NCBI RefSeq assembly: GCF_002087085.1
Contig: NZ_MWQY01000006.1
Coordinates: 62,001 to 126,000, forward strand
Direction of reading: 5' to 3'
Length of the DNA: 64,000 nucleotides
The notes beneath the pieces were generated by a model. The model saw nothing but the letters and a program-made list of their open reading frames with translations. It was not told the DNA's origin and made no database searches. Below, in pieces: positions 28,557-37,454 of this stretch (position 1 is the stretch's first letter; each line of letters begins with the position of its first letter). A program made the translations under genes and the position numbers.

Positions 28557-29435
28557 ATGAGCAGTATAATCAGGGTTGAAGGGCTCACGAAAAACTACGG
28601 CTCTCTGACCGCGGTGGATCATGTCTCCTTCGCTATTGAAGAGGGCATATGCTTCGGACTTCTCGGCCCCAACGGCGCGGGCAAGACCACTACAATCGAG
28701 ATGATGGAAGGAATCCTCGCCCCCACGGAGGGGACTATACTGTTCCGGGACCAGGCTATCGGGGCCAATTTTCACGAGCGGGTGGGAATCCAGTTTCAGC
28801 ACACCGCCCTGCAGGAGTTCATCACCGTCGAGGAGACCCTGAAGCTATTCTCTGCTCTCTACATCAGGCACCGGGACCTGGAGGAGGTTATCGAGATCTG
28901 CAGCCTCCGGGACATACTCAAGCAGGACAACCGCAAACTCTCCGGCGGTCAGCGGCAGCGTCTGCTTCTGGCTCTGGCCCTTGTCAACGATCCGGAACTG
29001 GTTTTCCTGGATGAACCCACGACGGGCCTTGACCCTCAGGCACGGCGTAACTTCTGGTCCCTCATCGAGAAGATCAGGGCGGAGGGAAAGACGATAATCC
29101 TGACCACCCACTATATGGACGAAGCTCAGGAACTCTGCGACGATATCGCCATAATGGACCATGGGCATATCATTGCCCGCAACTCGCCGGAGAATCTGCT
29201 CTCCGCCCATTTTGAGGGCGTTCTGGTGCGGCTTCCCTGGGAGGAATCCCAGCCGCTCCCCTTTCCCGAGAACGTTCGGCGGATTAACAATCACATCGAG
29301 ATTCACTCCCAAGATGTTGACAAGACCCTTCATGAGCTGATCCACGCGGGGGTACACCTTGAAGGGCTCTCCATTCACGCCCCCGACCTGGAGGACCTCT
29401 TTCTCAAGCTGACGGGATCCTCCCTTCGGAGCTGA
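28557..29435 (+). CDS. ABC-2 exporter ATP-binding protein
   Basis: GPNGAGKTT, LSGGQ, FLDEPTTGLD and TTHYMDEA motifs; start MSSII. Confidence 0.92.
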   Translation: MSSIIRVEGLTKNYGSLTAVDHVSFAIEEGICFGLLGPNGAGKTTTIEMMEGILAPTEGTILFRDQAIGANFHERVGIQFQHTALQEFITVEETLKLFSALYIRHRDLEEVIEICSLRDILKQDNRKLSGGQRQRLLLALALVNDPELVFLDEPTTGLDPQARRNFWSLIEKIRAEGKTIILTTHYMDEAQELCDDIAIMDHGHIIARNSPENLLSAHFEGVLVRLPWEESQPLPFPENVRRINNHIEIHSQDVDKTLHELIHAGVHLEGLSIHAPDLEDLFLKLTGSSLRS

Positions 29436-29452
29436 CAATAAGGAAACTGAAT

Positions 29453-30445
29453 ATGCGAAAATTTCTTGCCCTGCTGCACGCACGGAATATGGAATTTCTT
29501 CGGGACCGGGCAACCCTCTTCTGGAACCTGGTTTTTCCCCTCTTTCTTGTCTTCGGCTTCGCCTTCGCCTTTTCCGGCGGAACCGAATACCTTTTTAAAG
29601 CCGGAGTCCTGGGAAATGCCCCGAAGGCTGAACCCTTCATGCAGGAGGAGTATGTCGAGTTCGTTCCCTACGACGAGGCGGACAAGGCGGCGGAAAAACT
29701 GCGGCACCACCAGATCGACCTGCTCATCGACTTCGACTCCGGAACCTACCTGGTGAACAGGGAATCCCCCAAGGGGAAGGCCGCGGAGAAACTGCTTCTC
29801 GCAAGTCCCGGTTCCCCCCTGGAGCGAAGGGAGGTCAGCGGCAAAGCTATCCGATACGTGGACTGGCTCGTCCCGGGAATAATCGGCATGAACATGATGT
29901 TCTCATGTATCTTCGGGGTGGGATGGGTAATCGTGCGCTACCGCAAGAACGGTGTGCTCAAACGGCTCAAGGCGACGCCGGTACGGGCCATCCAGTTCAT
30001 CCTGGCCCAGCTTTTTTCCAGGCTCTACATCGTGCTTATAACCGCAGCCATAGTATACGCGGGCAGCAACCTTATCCTGGACTTTATCATGCTCGGATCA
30101 TACCTTGATCTTTTACTGGTAACCGCCCTGGCTACCCTGTGCATGATCAGCTTCGGCCTGATTTTCGCTTCCCGTCTCAAGAGCGAGGAGCTTGCAGACG
30201 GACTTATGAACCTGGCGACCTGGCCAATGATGGTTTTTTCCGGGGTATTCTTCTCCATGGAAGGGACTCCCCAGGTTCTGCAGTGGATCGCCCGGGCCTT
30301 TCCCCTGACCCACTACATCGAGGCGGCCCGGGCAATCATGCTTGACGGTGCCGGCCTTGTGCAGGTAGCCCCGAACCTCATGATCCTTGCGCTTCTCTCC
30401 GCCCTTTTTCTGGGCATAAGCGCTCTCAGTTTCAAATGGGAATAG
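29453..30445 (+). CDS. ABC-2 exporter permease
   Basis: FLRDRATLFW, YVDWLVPG, GVLKRLKATP and FPLTH motifs. Confidence 0.9.
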   Translation: MRKFLALLHARNMEFLRDRATLFWNLVFPLFLVFGFAFAFSGGTEYLFKAGVLGNAPKAEPFMQEEYVEFVPYDEADKAAEKLRHHQIDLLIDFDSGTYLVNRESPKGKAAEKLLLASPGSPLERREVSGKAIRYVDWLVPGIIGMNMMFSCIFGVGWVIVRYRKNGVLKRLKATPVRAIQFILAQLFSRLYIVLITAAIVYAGSNLILDFIMLGSYLDLLLVTALATLCMISFGLIFASRLKSEELADGLMNLATWPMMVFSGVFFSMEGTPQVLQWIARAFPLTHYIEAARAIMLDGAGLVQVAPNLMILALLSALFLGISALSFKWE

Positions 30446-30624
30446 CAGCGGCCTGATAGAGAAATCCCGGGGCAAACCTCGCGACAGAGGTAATTCTGTC
30501 CACGCGATCTTCTGCGATCAATATCCGGAATTACTGATATTCTTCCTCGATATGAATTGATTTTCCGCCGGGAATTTCTTATTTATTACATAATTAGTCA
30601 AATTAATACGACGCGAGGAGTACT

Positions 30625-31860
30625 ATGAATATTACATCTGCAGCCGACGGAATTTACAGACTTTCCGCAAACGCGGAGGATATACTTTTTGAAGGTCTCT
30701 GGCCGATCCCCAACGGGGTTTCCATGAACTCCTACATTGTTCAGGGGGAAAAGACAGCCATCATCGACGGTGTATGCGGCTGGGACGGGGTTCCCCAGAC
30801 ACTCTTCAGCCAGTTCGAGCAGGCCGGTATCGATGTGAACTCCATCGATTACGTGGTGATCAATCACATGGAACCCGACCATTCGGGCTGGCTGGAGGAC
30901 TTCCGGAAGATCCGGCCGGATTTTACCATAGTCACCAGCAAAAAAGCCGTTCCCATGCTGGAATCCTTCTATGGAATACACAACAGGGTAATCGAGGTGG
31001 GAGACGGCGACTCCCTTGACCTGGGCGCAGGGCGGGTCCTGGCCTTCGCGGAGATTCCCAACGTTCACTGGCCGGAAACCATCGCGACCTTCGACACCCT
31101 CTCCGGGACCCTCTTCTCCTGCGACGCCTTCGGCTCCTTCGGGGCGATCAGCGACGCTCCCTATGACGACCAGCTCTCCGCTGAACAGATCGAGTTCTTC
31201 GAGGCCGAAGCGGTACGGTACTATGCGAACATTGTCGCGGCCTTTTCCACACCGGTAAAAAAAGCGATTGAAAAGTGCGGAACCCTTCCCATCAGGATCG
31301 TGGCCCCCGGCCATGGAATCGTATGGCGCAGGGACCCCCACAAGATAATCAATGATTACCGCCGGTACGCGGAATATCAGAAAGGACCTGCCAGGGATGA
31401 GGTAACCCTGATCTGGGGATCCATGTACGGGATGACGGAAAAGGCCGTGGGCCCCGCCGTTGAAGCCATGGAAGCGGAGGGAGTCAAAGTCCATGTACAC
31501 CGGGTTCCCGAGTCCTCCTGGGGCGACATTCTGGCCTCGGTATGGACATCCACCGGGGTGGTCCTGGCAATGCCCACCTACGAGTACAAGATGTTCCCCC
31601 CCATGGCGGCTGTCCTGGACGAGCTGGGGAAAAAGAGGGTTCAGAACCGCAAAGCCTTCCGCTTCGGTTCCTACGGCTGGTCCGGAGGCGCCCAGAAAGA
31701 GCTGGACGAGATTATGGAACGCTTGAAGATGAAATGGGAGTTCCTCGAACCCCTGGAGTTCAAAGGCAGCCCCGATGAAGATCATCTGACAGAGATCCGC
31801 TCCCGCTGCCGGGAACTTGCACGGGAGGTAAAAAAGATCGCCGCTGCATCCCCGGTTTAG
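30625..31860 (+). CDS. fprA: Flavodiiron protein (O2/NO reductase, class A)
   Basis: NHMEPDH, VHWPE, CDAFG and PGHG diiron ligands; flavodoxin motifs SMYGMT and FGSYGWSGG. Confidence 0.93.
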   Translation: MNITSAADGIYRLSANAEDILFEGLWPIPNGVSMNSYIVQGEKTAIIDGVCGWDGVPQTLFSQFEQAGIDVNSIDYVVINHMEPDHSGWLEDFRKIRPDFTIVTSKKAVPMLESFYGIHNRVIEVGDGDSLDLGAGRVLAFAEIPNVHWPETIATFDTLSGTLFSCDAFGSFGAISDAPYDDQLSAEQIEFFEAEAVRYYANIVAAFSTPVKKAIEKCGTLPIRIVAPGHGIVWRRDPHKIINDYRRYAEYQKGPARDEVTLIWGSMYGMTEKAVGPAVEAMEAEGVKVHVHRVPESSWGDILASVWTSTGVVLAMPTYEYKMFPPMAAVLDELGKKRVQNRKAFRFGSYGWSGGAQKELDEIMERLKMKWEFLEPLEFKGSPDEDHLTEIRSRCRELAREVKKIAAASPV

Positions 31861-31899
31861 CTACCGGGGATTGCTGTTCCCGGAATTCACGAAAGTTAA

Positions 31900-31928
31900 T
31901 TGACATTAACTCACTCCTCCGGTATAGT
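31900..31928 (+). promoter_or_regulatory. Sigma-70 promoter of the feo operon
   Basis: TTGACA (31900-31905), 17-bp spacer, TATAGT (31923-31928). Confidence 0.8.
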
Positions 31929-31943
31929 TAGGTAAATCTAACT
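31926..31943. promoter_or_regulatory. DtxR/IdeR-family operator overlapping the -10 box
   Basis: AGTTAG-GTAAAT-CTAACT with a TTAGG...CTAA core like DtxR-family boxes; a DtxR-like gene lies downstream. Confidence 0.7.
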
Positions 31944-31963
31944 TATTTCGGAGGACCATACCC

Positions 31964-32233
31964 ATGAGACATTCCGATGGCAATACGATGATGACCCTGC
32001 GGACCCCCGCAGATCTCCGGACCGGCCGCAGCTGCCGGGTCAGCGCCCTGGGAAAAGGGCGGAGTTTCAGGGCCCGCATGGTATCCCTGGGAATCCGCCC
32101 GGGAGCGATACTCACCGTTGTCGGCGGACACGGAGCGGGTCCCAGGCTCCTTCAGGTGGGACCTCAGCGTGTGATGATCGGAGCGGAGATGGTCCGTCAT
32201 ATCTTTGTAACGGAGGAACCATACAATGAATAA
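31964..32233 (+). CDS. feoA: Ferrous iron transport protein A
   Basis: RMVSLGIRPG...GP SH3-like FeoA pattern; GGAGG RBS. Confidence 0.85.
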   Translation: MRHSDGNTMMTLRTPADLRTGRSCRVSALGKGRSFRARMVSLGIRPGAILTVVGGHGAGPRLLQVGPQRVMIGAEMVRHIFVTEEPYNE

Positions 32234-32474
32234 AGACCGGACCCTGCATCTGGCGCAGATGCGCCCCGGCGAGACTGCGGTAATTACCGGTTACCTGGCG
32301 GGAGGCCGGGACTACCGCAGAAAGCTTCTCTCCTTCGGGCTGACCGCAGGCACCAGGATAACCCTGCTCAAGACGGCCCCCCTGGGGGATCCCGTGGAGA
32401 TCTCCGTACGGGGCTACTCCTTGAGCCTGAGAAAAACCGAAGCGGCGGTACTGGAATTGAGGGGTGATGCATGA
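32226..32474 (+). CDS. feoA: Ferrous iron transport protein A
   Basis: RKLLSFGLT...APLGDPVEISVRGYSLSLRK.EA. Confidence 0.92.
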   Translation: MNKDRTLHLAQMRPGETAVITGYLAGGRDYRRKLLSFGLTAGTRITLLKTAPLGDPVEISVRGYSLSLRKTEAAVLELRGDA

Positions 32475-34783
32475 GCGCCACACTTACACGCATGAAGACC
32501 ATCGCCCTTGCGGGAAACCCCAACTGCGGAAAAACAACGATCTTCAACGCCCTTACCGGATCCAGTGCCAAGGTGGGAAACTGGCCCGGTGTTACCGTGG
32601 AGCGTCGGGAAGGACGCCTTAAAGGAAGCTCTGCTGAAACAGCCGTTGTGGACCTTCCGGGGATCTACTCCCTCTCCGCCGAATCCGAGGACGAAAGGGT
32701 TGCCCGGGACTTTATCATAAGCGGCAGCGTGGATCTGGTAATCAGCATTGTCGATGCCGCCAACCTGGAACGCAACCTCTTTCTCACATCCACAATTCTG
32801 GAGAGCGGCATACCCACCGTGGTGGCCCTGAACATGATGGACGCGGCGAAAAAGAAGGGAATACGCATCGACCTCAAGGCGCTCTCTGATGAACTCGGCT
32901 GTCCGGTGCTTCCCCTTTCCGCCATACAGCCTGAAAGCCTGAAGAATTTCAGGAACGAACTGGACAGAACACTGAGCAGCGGTATCCCGGCTCCGAAGAC
33001 CCGGATTAAATACAGCCCGGAAATCGAAAGCACCATTGGAAGCTGGTCGAAGAAACTCTCCGGTCCGGCCTCGGAACTGGGAGTCACCGACAGATTCATT
33101 GCACTGTCCCTGCTTGAGGAAGACCCCTTCATAACGGAACATTTTGGTCCCCTCCTCGGAGAAGAGGAGATTGAAAAGGCCCTTTCATCCATCGGTGATC
33201 TGGCGGGGACTACCGTGGATATGCTCATTGCCGACAACCGCTACTCCTGGATAAACTCCCTGTGCAATACAGCGACAAGCAGGAAGGAGGAGGGAACAAA
33301 GAGAGCCTCCAGGGGAGGACTGGATGCCATCCTGCTGCACCGCTTTCTCGGAATCCCGATCTTTCTGGGGGTCATGTACCTGGTTTTCTGGTTTACCATG
33401 GCCGTGGGGGGATCATTCATCGATTTCTTTGACATCCTTTTCGGCGGAATCTTTGTAGACGGCCTGGGGACCCTGATGGCAGGCCTGGGGAGCCCCGAAT
33501 GGCTGACAGCCATAATCGCCGGAGGTATCGGGGGCGGAATTCAGACCGTATCCACCTTTATTCCCATCATCTTTACCATGTTCCTCATGCTCGCGCTTCT
33601 GGAGGATTCGGGATACATGGCCCGGGCCGCCTTCGTTATGGACAAGGCCATGCGGGCGATCGGACTTCCCGGCAAGGCCTTTGTCCCCATGCTGGTGGGT
33701 TTCGGCTGTACCGTCCCTGCGATCATGGCCACCCGGACCCTGGAGTCGAAACGTGACCGTTTTATGGCCATCTTTATGACTCCCTTCATGTCCTGCGGCG
33801 CACGGCTTCCTGTCTATGCCCTCTTTACCGCGGCCTTCTTCGGGAACCTTGCCGGGGGAGTGGTATTCTCCATCTACCTGGCGGGGGTACTTCTGGCGGT
33901 CCTTACGGGGCTGCTTCTCAAACACACCCTCTTCAAGGGAAAGCATACACCCTTTGTTATGGAGCTTCCCGCCTATCACAGCCCCAGAATGGGACACATC
34001 ATGAACAGTGCGTGGAGACGGCTGAAGATCTACATGTTCAGGGCCGGAAAGGTAATAATCCTGGTGGTTCTTCTTCTTTCGGTACTGAATTCCTGGGGAA
34101 CCGACGGGACCTTCGGCAACGAGGACTCGGAGGAGTCGGTACTCTCTGTCATAGGAAAAAGCATAACCCCCGTATTCACTCCCATGGGAATTGTGCAGGA
34201 GAACTGGCCGGCTACGGTCAGCCTTTTTACAGGGCTCTTTGCCAAGGAGGCTGTTGTGGGGACCCTGAACGCCCTCTACTCCCAGGAAAGCTTCGGAGGT
34301 GAAGAACCTGCAGAAGACGAAGAACCCTGGAGTCTGGCTGCCCTTACTGTCGAGTCCCTGGCCAGCATCGGTGAGAACCTGTCCGGGGTCCTGGATGGGC
34401 TGCTTGATCCCCTCGGTCTGGGGCTCATCTCCTCGGATGCCGATTCTCTGGCAGAGGAACTGGAAACCGATGACAGTGTATTCACCGGCTTACGGGACAA
34501 TTTCAGCCCCGTCAGCGCCTATGCCTTCCTGCTCTTCATTCTCATCTACTTCCCCTGCGTGGCGGCCCTGGGTGCTGCGGTTCAGGAGACAGGAAAGGGC
34601 TACGGTACGGTGCTGGTCACCTACCTGACTCTCCTGGCATGGATTATCTCGACCCTGGTTTTCCAGATCCTCGAAGGAGGCTCCCTGCTCTGGATTACGG
34701 TGGCTCTGCTTCTTCTGGCTGGCATCTTTGTCAGTTTCACCCTTATGGGACGCGGACGGGAACGGCTACGCTATCCCGGCTGA
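32471..34783 (+). CDS. feoB: Ferrous iron transport protein B
   Basis: GNPNCGKT, NWPGVT, DLPG and NMMD G motifs; GFGC, FMSCGARL and YFPC gate motifs. Confidence 0.96.
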   Translation: MSATLTRMKTIALAGNPNCGKTTIFNALTGSSAKVGNWPGVTVERREGRLKGSSAETAVVDLPGIYSLSAESEDERVARDFIISGSVDLVISIVDAANLERNLFLTSTILESGIPTVVALNMMDAAKKKGIRIDLKALSDELGCPVLPLSAIQPESLKNFRNELDRTLSSGIPAPKTRIKYSPEIESTIGSWSKKLSGPASELGVTDRFIALSLLEEDPFITEHFGPLLGEEEIEKALSSIGDLAGTTVDMLIADNRYSWINSLCNTATSRKEEGTKRASRGGLDAILLHRFLGIPIFLGVMYLVFWFTMAVGGSFIDFFDILFGGIFVDGLGTLMAGLGSPEWLTAIIAGGIGGGIQTVSTFIPIIFTMFLMLALLEDSGYMARAAFVMDKAMRAIGLPGKAFVPMLVGFGCTVPAIMATRTLESKRDRFMAIFMTPFMSCGARLPVYALFTAAFFGNLAGGVVFSIYLAGVLLAVLTGLLLKHTLFKGKHTPFVMELPAYHSPRMGHIMNSAWRRLKIYMFRAGKVIILVVLLLSVLNSWGTDGTFGNEDSEESVLSVIGKSITPVFTPMGIVQENWPATVSLFTGLFAKEAVVGTLNALYSQESFGGEEPAEDEEPWSLAALTVESLASIGENLSGVLDGLLDPLGLGLISSDADSLAEELETDDSVFTGLRDNFSPVSAYAFLLFILIYFPCVAALGAAVQETGKGYGTVLVTYLTLLAWIISTLVFQILEGGSLLWITVALLLLAGIFVSFTLMGRGRERLRYPG

Positions 34784-34815
34784 CAGTAGCCCTGGAATCA
34801 GAAATACTCAAGAAT

Positions 34816-34858
34816 ATCGCCACGCCTTCAAACACAGGGCGGGGCGATTCATTTTTTT
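34816..34858 (+). terminator. Probable terminator after feoB
   Basis: ATCGCCACGCC...GGCGGGGCGAT stem followed by a T run. Confidence 0.6.
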
Positions 34859-34895
34859 AAGGCAGCTCTAAAAACTGCCCTTAGATGGAACAAAG

Positions 34896-35630
34896 ATGGA
34901 TATTGCGGTATTATCTGAACCAGACATGAAGAACACCGGAGACCTCGCGCTGCAGGAGTTGCATAAGCGCTTTCCCGCAGCCCTGGATTATCTGACAACA
35001 ATCTTCCTGATCGACAGGGAATACGGAAAGGTTGCAAACAGTAAACTCGCCGCCCGCCTGGGAGTCTCAAAACCGGCGGTCAGCCAGGCTGTCGGCCGGC
35101 TGAAGCGCCACCACCTCGCGGACCAGGACTCCTACGGAACCATCCGGCTTACCCCGGAGGGCAGGATCTATGCGACCCGCATACTGAAGCGGCACTATCT
35201 GATAGAGCATCTCCTGATCCTGCGCCTGGACTACCCCTGGGACAAGGCCGACGATGAGGCCCTCAGGCTCCAGGCTGCCATATCGGAAGAGTTCGCCGCT
35301 CATCTTTTCGAGACCTTTGGGCGTCCCGACACATGCCCTCACGGGAATCCCTTTCCCGGCAGCCCCAGGGAGAAGGAGCTTCTGGATGCACCGAGGTTGA
35401 GTGAGGCCCGTGAAGGTTGCAGGACTGTTCTGTTGCGCATCACCGAAGAGGGGGAAGCCGTCGAAGGACTCCTCCATTTCTGCAATGAAAATCAGCTGCG
35501 CCCAGGGCGGGAACTTGAGATTTTGAAGAAAGCCGGAGACAATGTTCTGCTGGGCTGCTGTGAGGGCAGAACCATTACAATCCCTCAAGGATATGCCGTA
35601 CATCTCAGGTACAGGGCGCTTCAGGACTGA
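34896..35630 (+). CDS. DtxR/MntR-family metal-dependent regulator with a FeoA-like C-terminal domain
   Basis: DYL..I, LAARLGVSKPAVS HTH, LTPEG, H..IE and CPHGNP motifs. Confidence 0.88.
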   Translation: MDIAVLSEPDMKNTGDLALQELHKRFPAALDYLTTIFLIDREYGKVANSKLAARLGVSKPAVSQAVGRLKRHHLADQDSYGTIRLTPEGRIYATRILKRHYLIEHLLILRLDYPWDKADDEALRLQAAISEEFAAHLFETFGRPDTCPHGNPFPGSPREKELLDAPRLSEAREGCRTVLLRITEEGEAVEGLLHFCNENQLRPGRELEILKKAGDNVLLGCCEGRTITIPQGYAVHLRYRALQD

Positions 35631-35673
35631 TCAGGTCTTGACCATTTCGACATAACCTGTGAAATTCCCGGGT

Positions 35674-36285
35674 ATGATCCGACGATTTCTGCTTATTGCT
35701 CTCCTGTGCCTGCCGAGCATACTCACGGCCCATCCGCACATGTTTATCGATACCCGCCTGAAAATCGGCATTGAGGGGAACAGCCTCAGACAGGTCGAGA
35801 TTACATGGTACTTTGACCCCATGTTTACCGCATCAATTGTCGGAGACTTCGACGGCGACCGTAACGGCGTATTCACTCCTGAAGAGACCAGGGAGGTACA
35901 GGAATATGCATTTTCCAATCTTGAAAACTACGACTATTTCACCTTCCTCGAGCTGAACGGAACGACCCATGTACCCCGGCGAATAGAGAACTTCAGGGTC
36001 TTCGTGGAAAACCGGCAGCTTGTCTACCGTTTCTCCATTCCCTTTGACCTGGAGCTTAAGGAGAAGAAATTCGCCATAGCCATTTATGATGAAACCTATT
36101 TCTGCGACATTCTCTTTCACGAAGAGGCCCCGGTTGAGTTTCAGGGCACCAGGCCGGCAGGCTGGGAGATAGTCGAGAACAGGGACAGGAGCATTAATTA
36201 CGGCGGACCGGTCTCAGTCTCCAGGGAGGGCAAAGAGTATTCGGGTACCGCCTTTCCCCAGCAGCTCCAGGTCTCTCTGAGATAG
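35674..36285 (+). CDS. DUF1007-family exported metal-binding protein
   Basis: Signal peptide, then HPHMFID; W.FD.MF and YDETYF motifs; EF-hand-like DFDGDRNGVFTPEE; alternative GTG start at 35659. Confidence 0.82.
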   Translation: MIRRFLLIALLCLPSILTAHPHMFIDTRLKIGIEGNSLRQVEITWYFDPMFTASIVGDFDGDRNGVFTPEETREVQEYAFSNLENYDYFTFLELNGTTHVPRRIENFRVFVENRQLVYRFSIPFDLELKEKKFAIAIYDETYFCDILFHEEAPVEFQGTRPAGWEIVENRDRSINYGGPVSVSREGKEYSGTAFPQQLQVSLR

Positions 36286-36288
36286 AAT

Positions 36289-37188
36289 ATGACCAGACGA
36301 GCGCTGATCCTGCTGGCACTCCTTGCGGGATGCACGGCCATATTTCCCCAGAGCAATCCCTTTCTCTCCTCCGGTAATGGCAGCACCAGGGAAGAACCTG
36401 AAACCCGGGTCACAACCCCCGCAGCCCCGAGGCCTTCAAATCCAGTGCTTGCCCGCATATCCGCCGTACAGAGGAGACTTCAGCGCAGGATCTCATCTTC
36501 CCTCGAGAAAGCCTCGTCAGGGGAAGATCCCGCAGCCCTGTTGGTGCTTGCCGGCCTCGCCTTCCTCTACGGATTCATTCACGCCCTTGGACCGGGACAC
36601 CGGAAAACGGTACTCCTGGGATACTTCCTCGGAGAAAAAGCCCGTCCCGCCGCCGGAATCGCCACGGGTATCCTCCTGGCCCTTGCCCATGCCGGAAGCG
36701 CCCTGATACTGGTAGGGGGATTTTCATGGCTGGCGGTCAATTCAATGCTTGTCTCCATAAACCGGGCGGAGCAGTACCTCTACCCGGCCACATACGGCAT
36801 AATAAGCCTGCTGGGTATCTGGATGCTTGTGCAGGGAATCCGGGAGTTCCGCGGCCGCGAACACGCAGGTTCCGGGCGCTCCGTCAATGCCGGTACCGGC
36901 GGGATTATACTCTCGGGACTGGTACCCTGTCCCGGGGCTTCGGCCATAATGATTTTTTCCATCGCCTCCGGAGGCATCTGGATCGGGATTATCGCGGTGC
37001 TTGCCATGTCCCTGGGAATGGGAATTGTGCTGGCCGGAATCGGACTCGTGAGCATTCTCTTTCGCGGAAGGATAGCCACCCTTATCAATGATGGGAATAC
37101 CGGGAGGCGACTGGAACTAGTCCTCCATATGGGAGGGGGAATCCTCGTCGCCGGCTTCGGGCTCCTGCTTCTGGCGGGAAGCCTTTGA
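36289..37188 (+). CDS. NicO/RcnA-like nickel/cobalt (or zinc) transporter
   Basis: YGFIHALGPGHRK, AHAG and GLVPCPGA motifs; no His-rich loop. Confidence 0.85.
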   Translation: MTRRALILLALLAGCTAIFPQSNPFLSSGNGSTREEPETRVTTPAAPRPSNPVLARISAVQRRLQRRISSSLEKASSGEDPAALLVLAGLAFLYGFIHALGPGHRKTVLLGYFLGEKARPAAGIATGILLALAHAGSALILVGGFSWLAVNSMLVSINRAEQYLYPATYGIISLLGIWMLVQGIREFRGREHAGSGRSVNAGTGGIILSGLVPCPGASAIMIFSIASGGIWIGIIAVLAMSLGMGIVLAGIGLVSILFRGRIATLINDGNTGRRLELVLHMGGGILVAGFGLLLLAGSL

Positions 37189-37437
37189 GGCTGAGCCGTT
37201 CTTTATTCTCGCAGAAATCTCCTCGAGAATTTCATCATAGCCTCCCGGGACATGGGGTTTTATACAGGGACTGCAGTCCTTGACCCCATCTTCGGTCAAA
37301 GTGTAGCTCCCGCCGCAGTCGGGGAACCAGTAGAGGGGGCAGAAACAGAAGAGGCAGTTTATCTCTTCAATCCCTTTGTGGCAGGGATAATACCTGCATT
37401 TCCGGTTGCTGAACCAGCGATAGCTTTCCTTCTGCAT
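37117..37437 (-). CDS. Cysteine-rich small domain (zf-like) protein
   Basis: N..C.YYPCH...NCLFCFCPLY...CGG...GVKDCS.C..PH pattern. Confidence 0.85.
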   Translation of the reverse strand: MQKESYRWFSNRKCRYYPCHKGIEEINCLFCFCPLYWFPDCGGSYTLTEDGVKDCSPCIKPHVPGGYDEILEEISARIKNGSASKASRQKQEPEAGDEDSPSHMED

Positions 37438-37454
37438 AGATAAAGGCAGTATAC

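Noticed and set aside
30591..30605. TAATT-AGTCA-AATTA upstream of fprA as a PerR/Fur/Rrf2 box
   Set aside because: Short, AT-rich and a poor match to any consensus I can state; could be chance.
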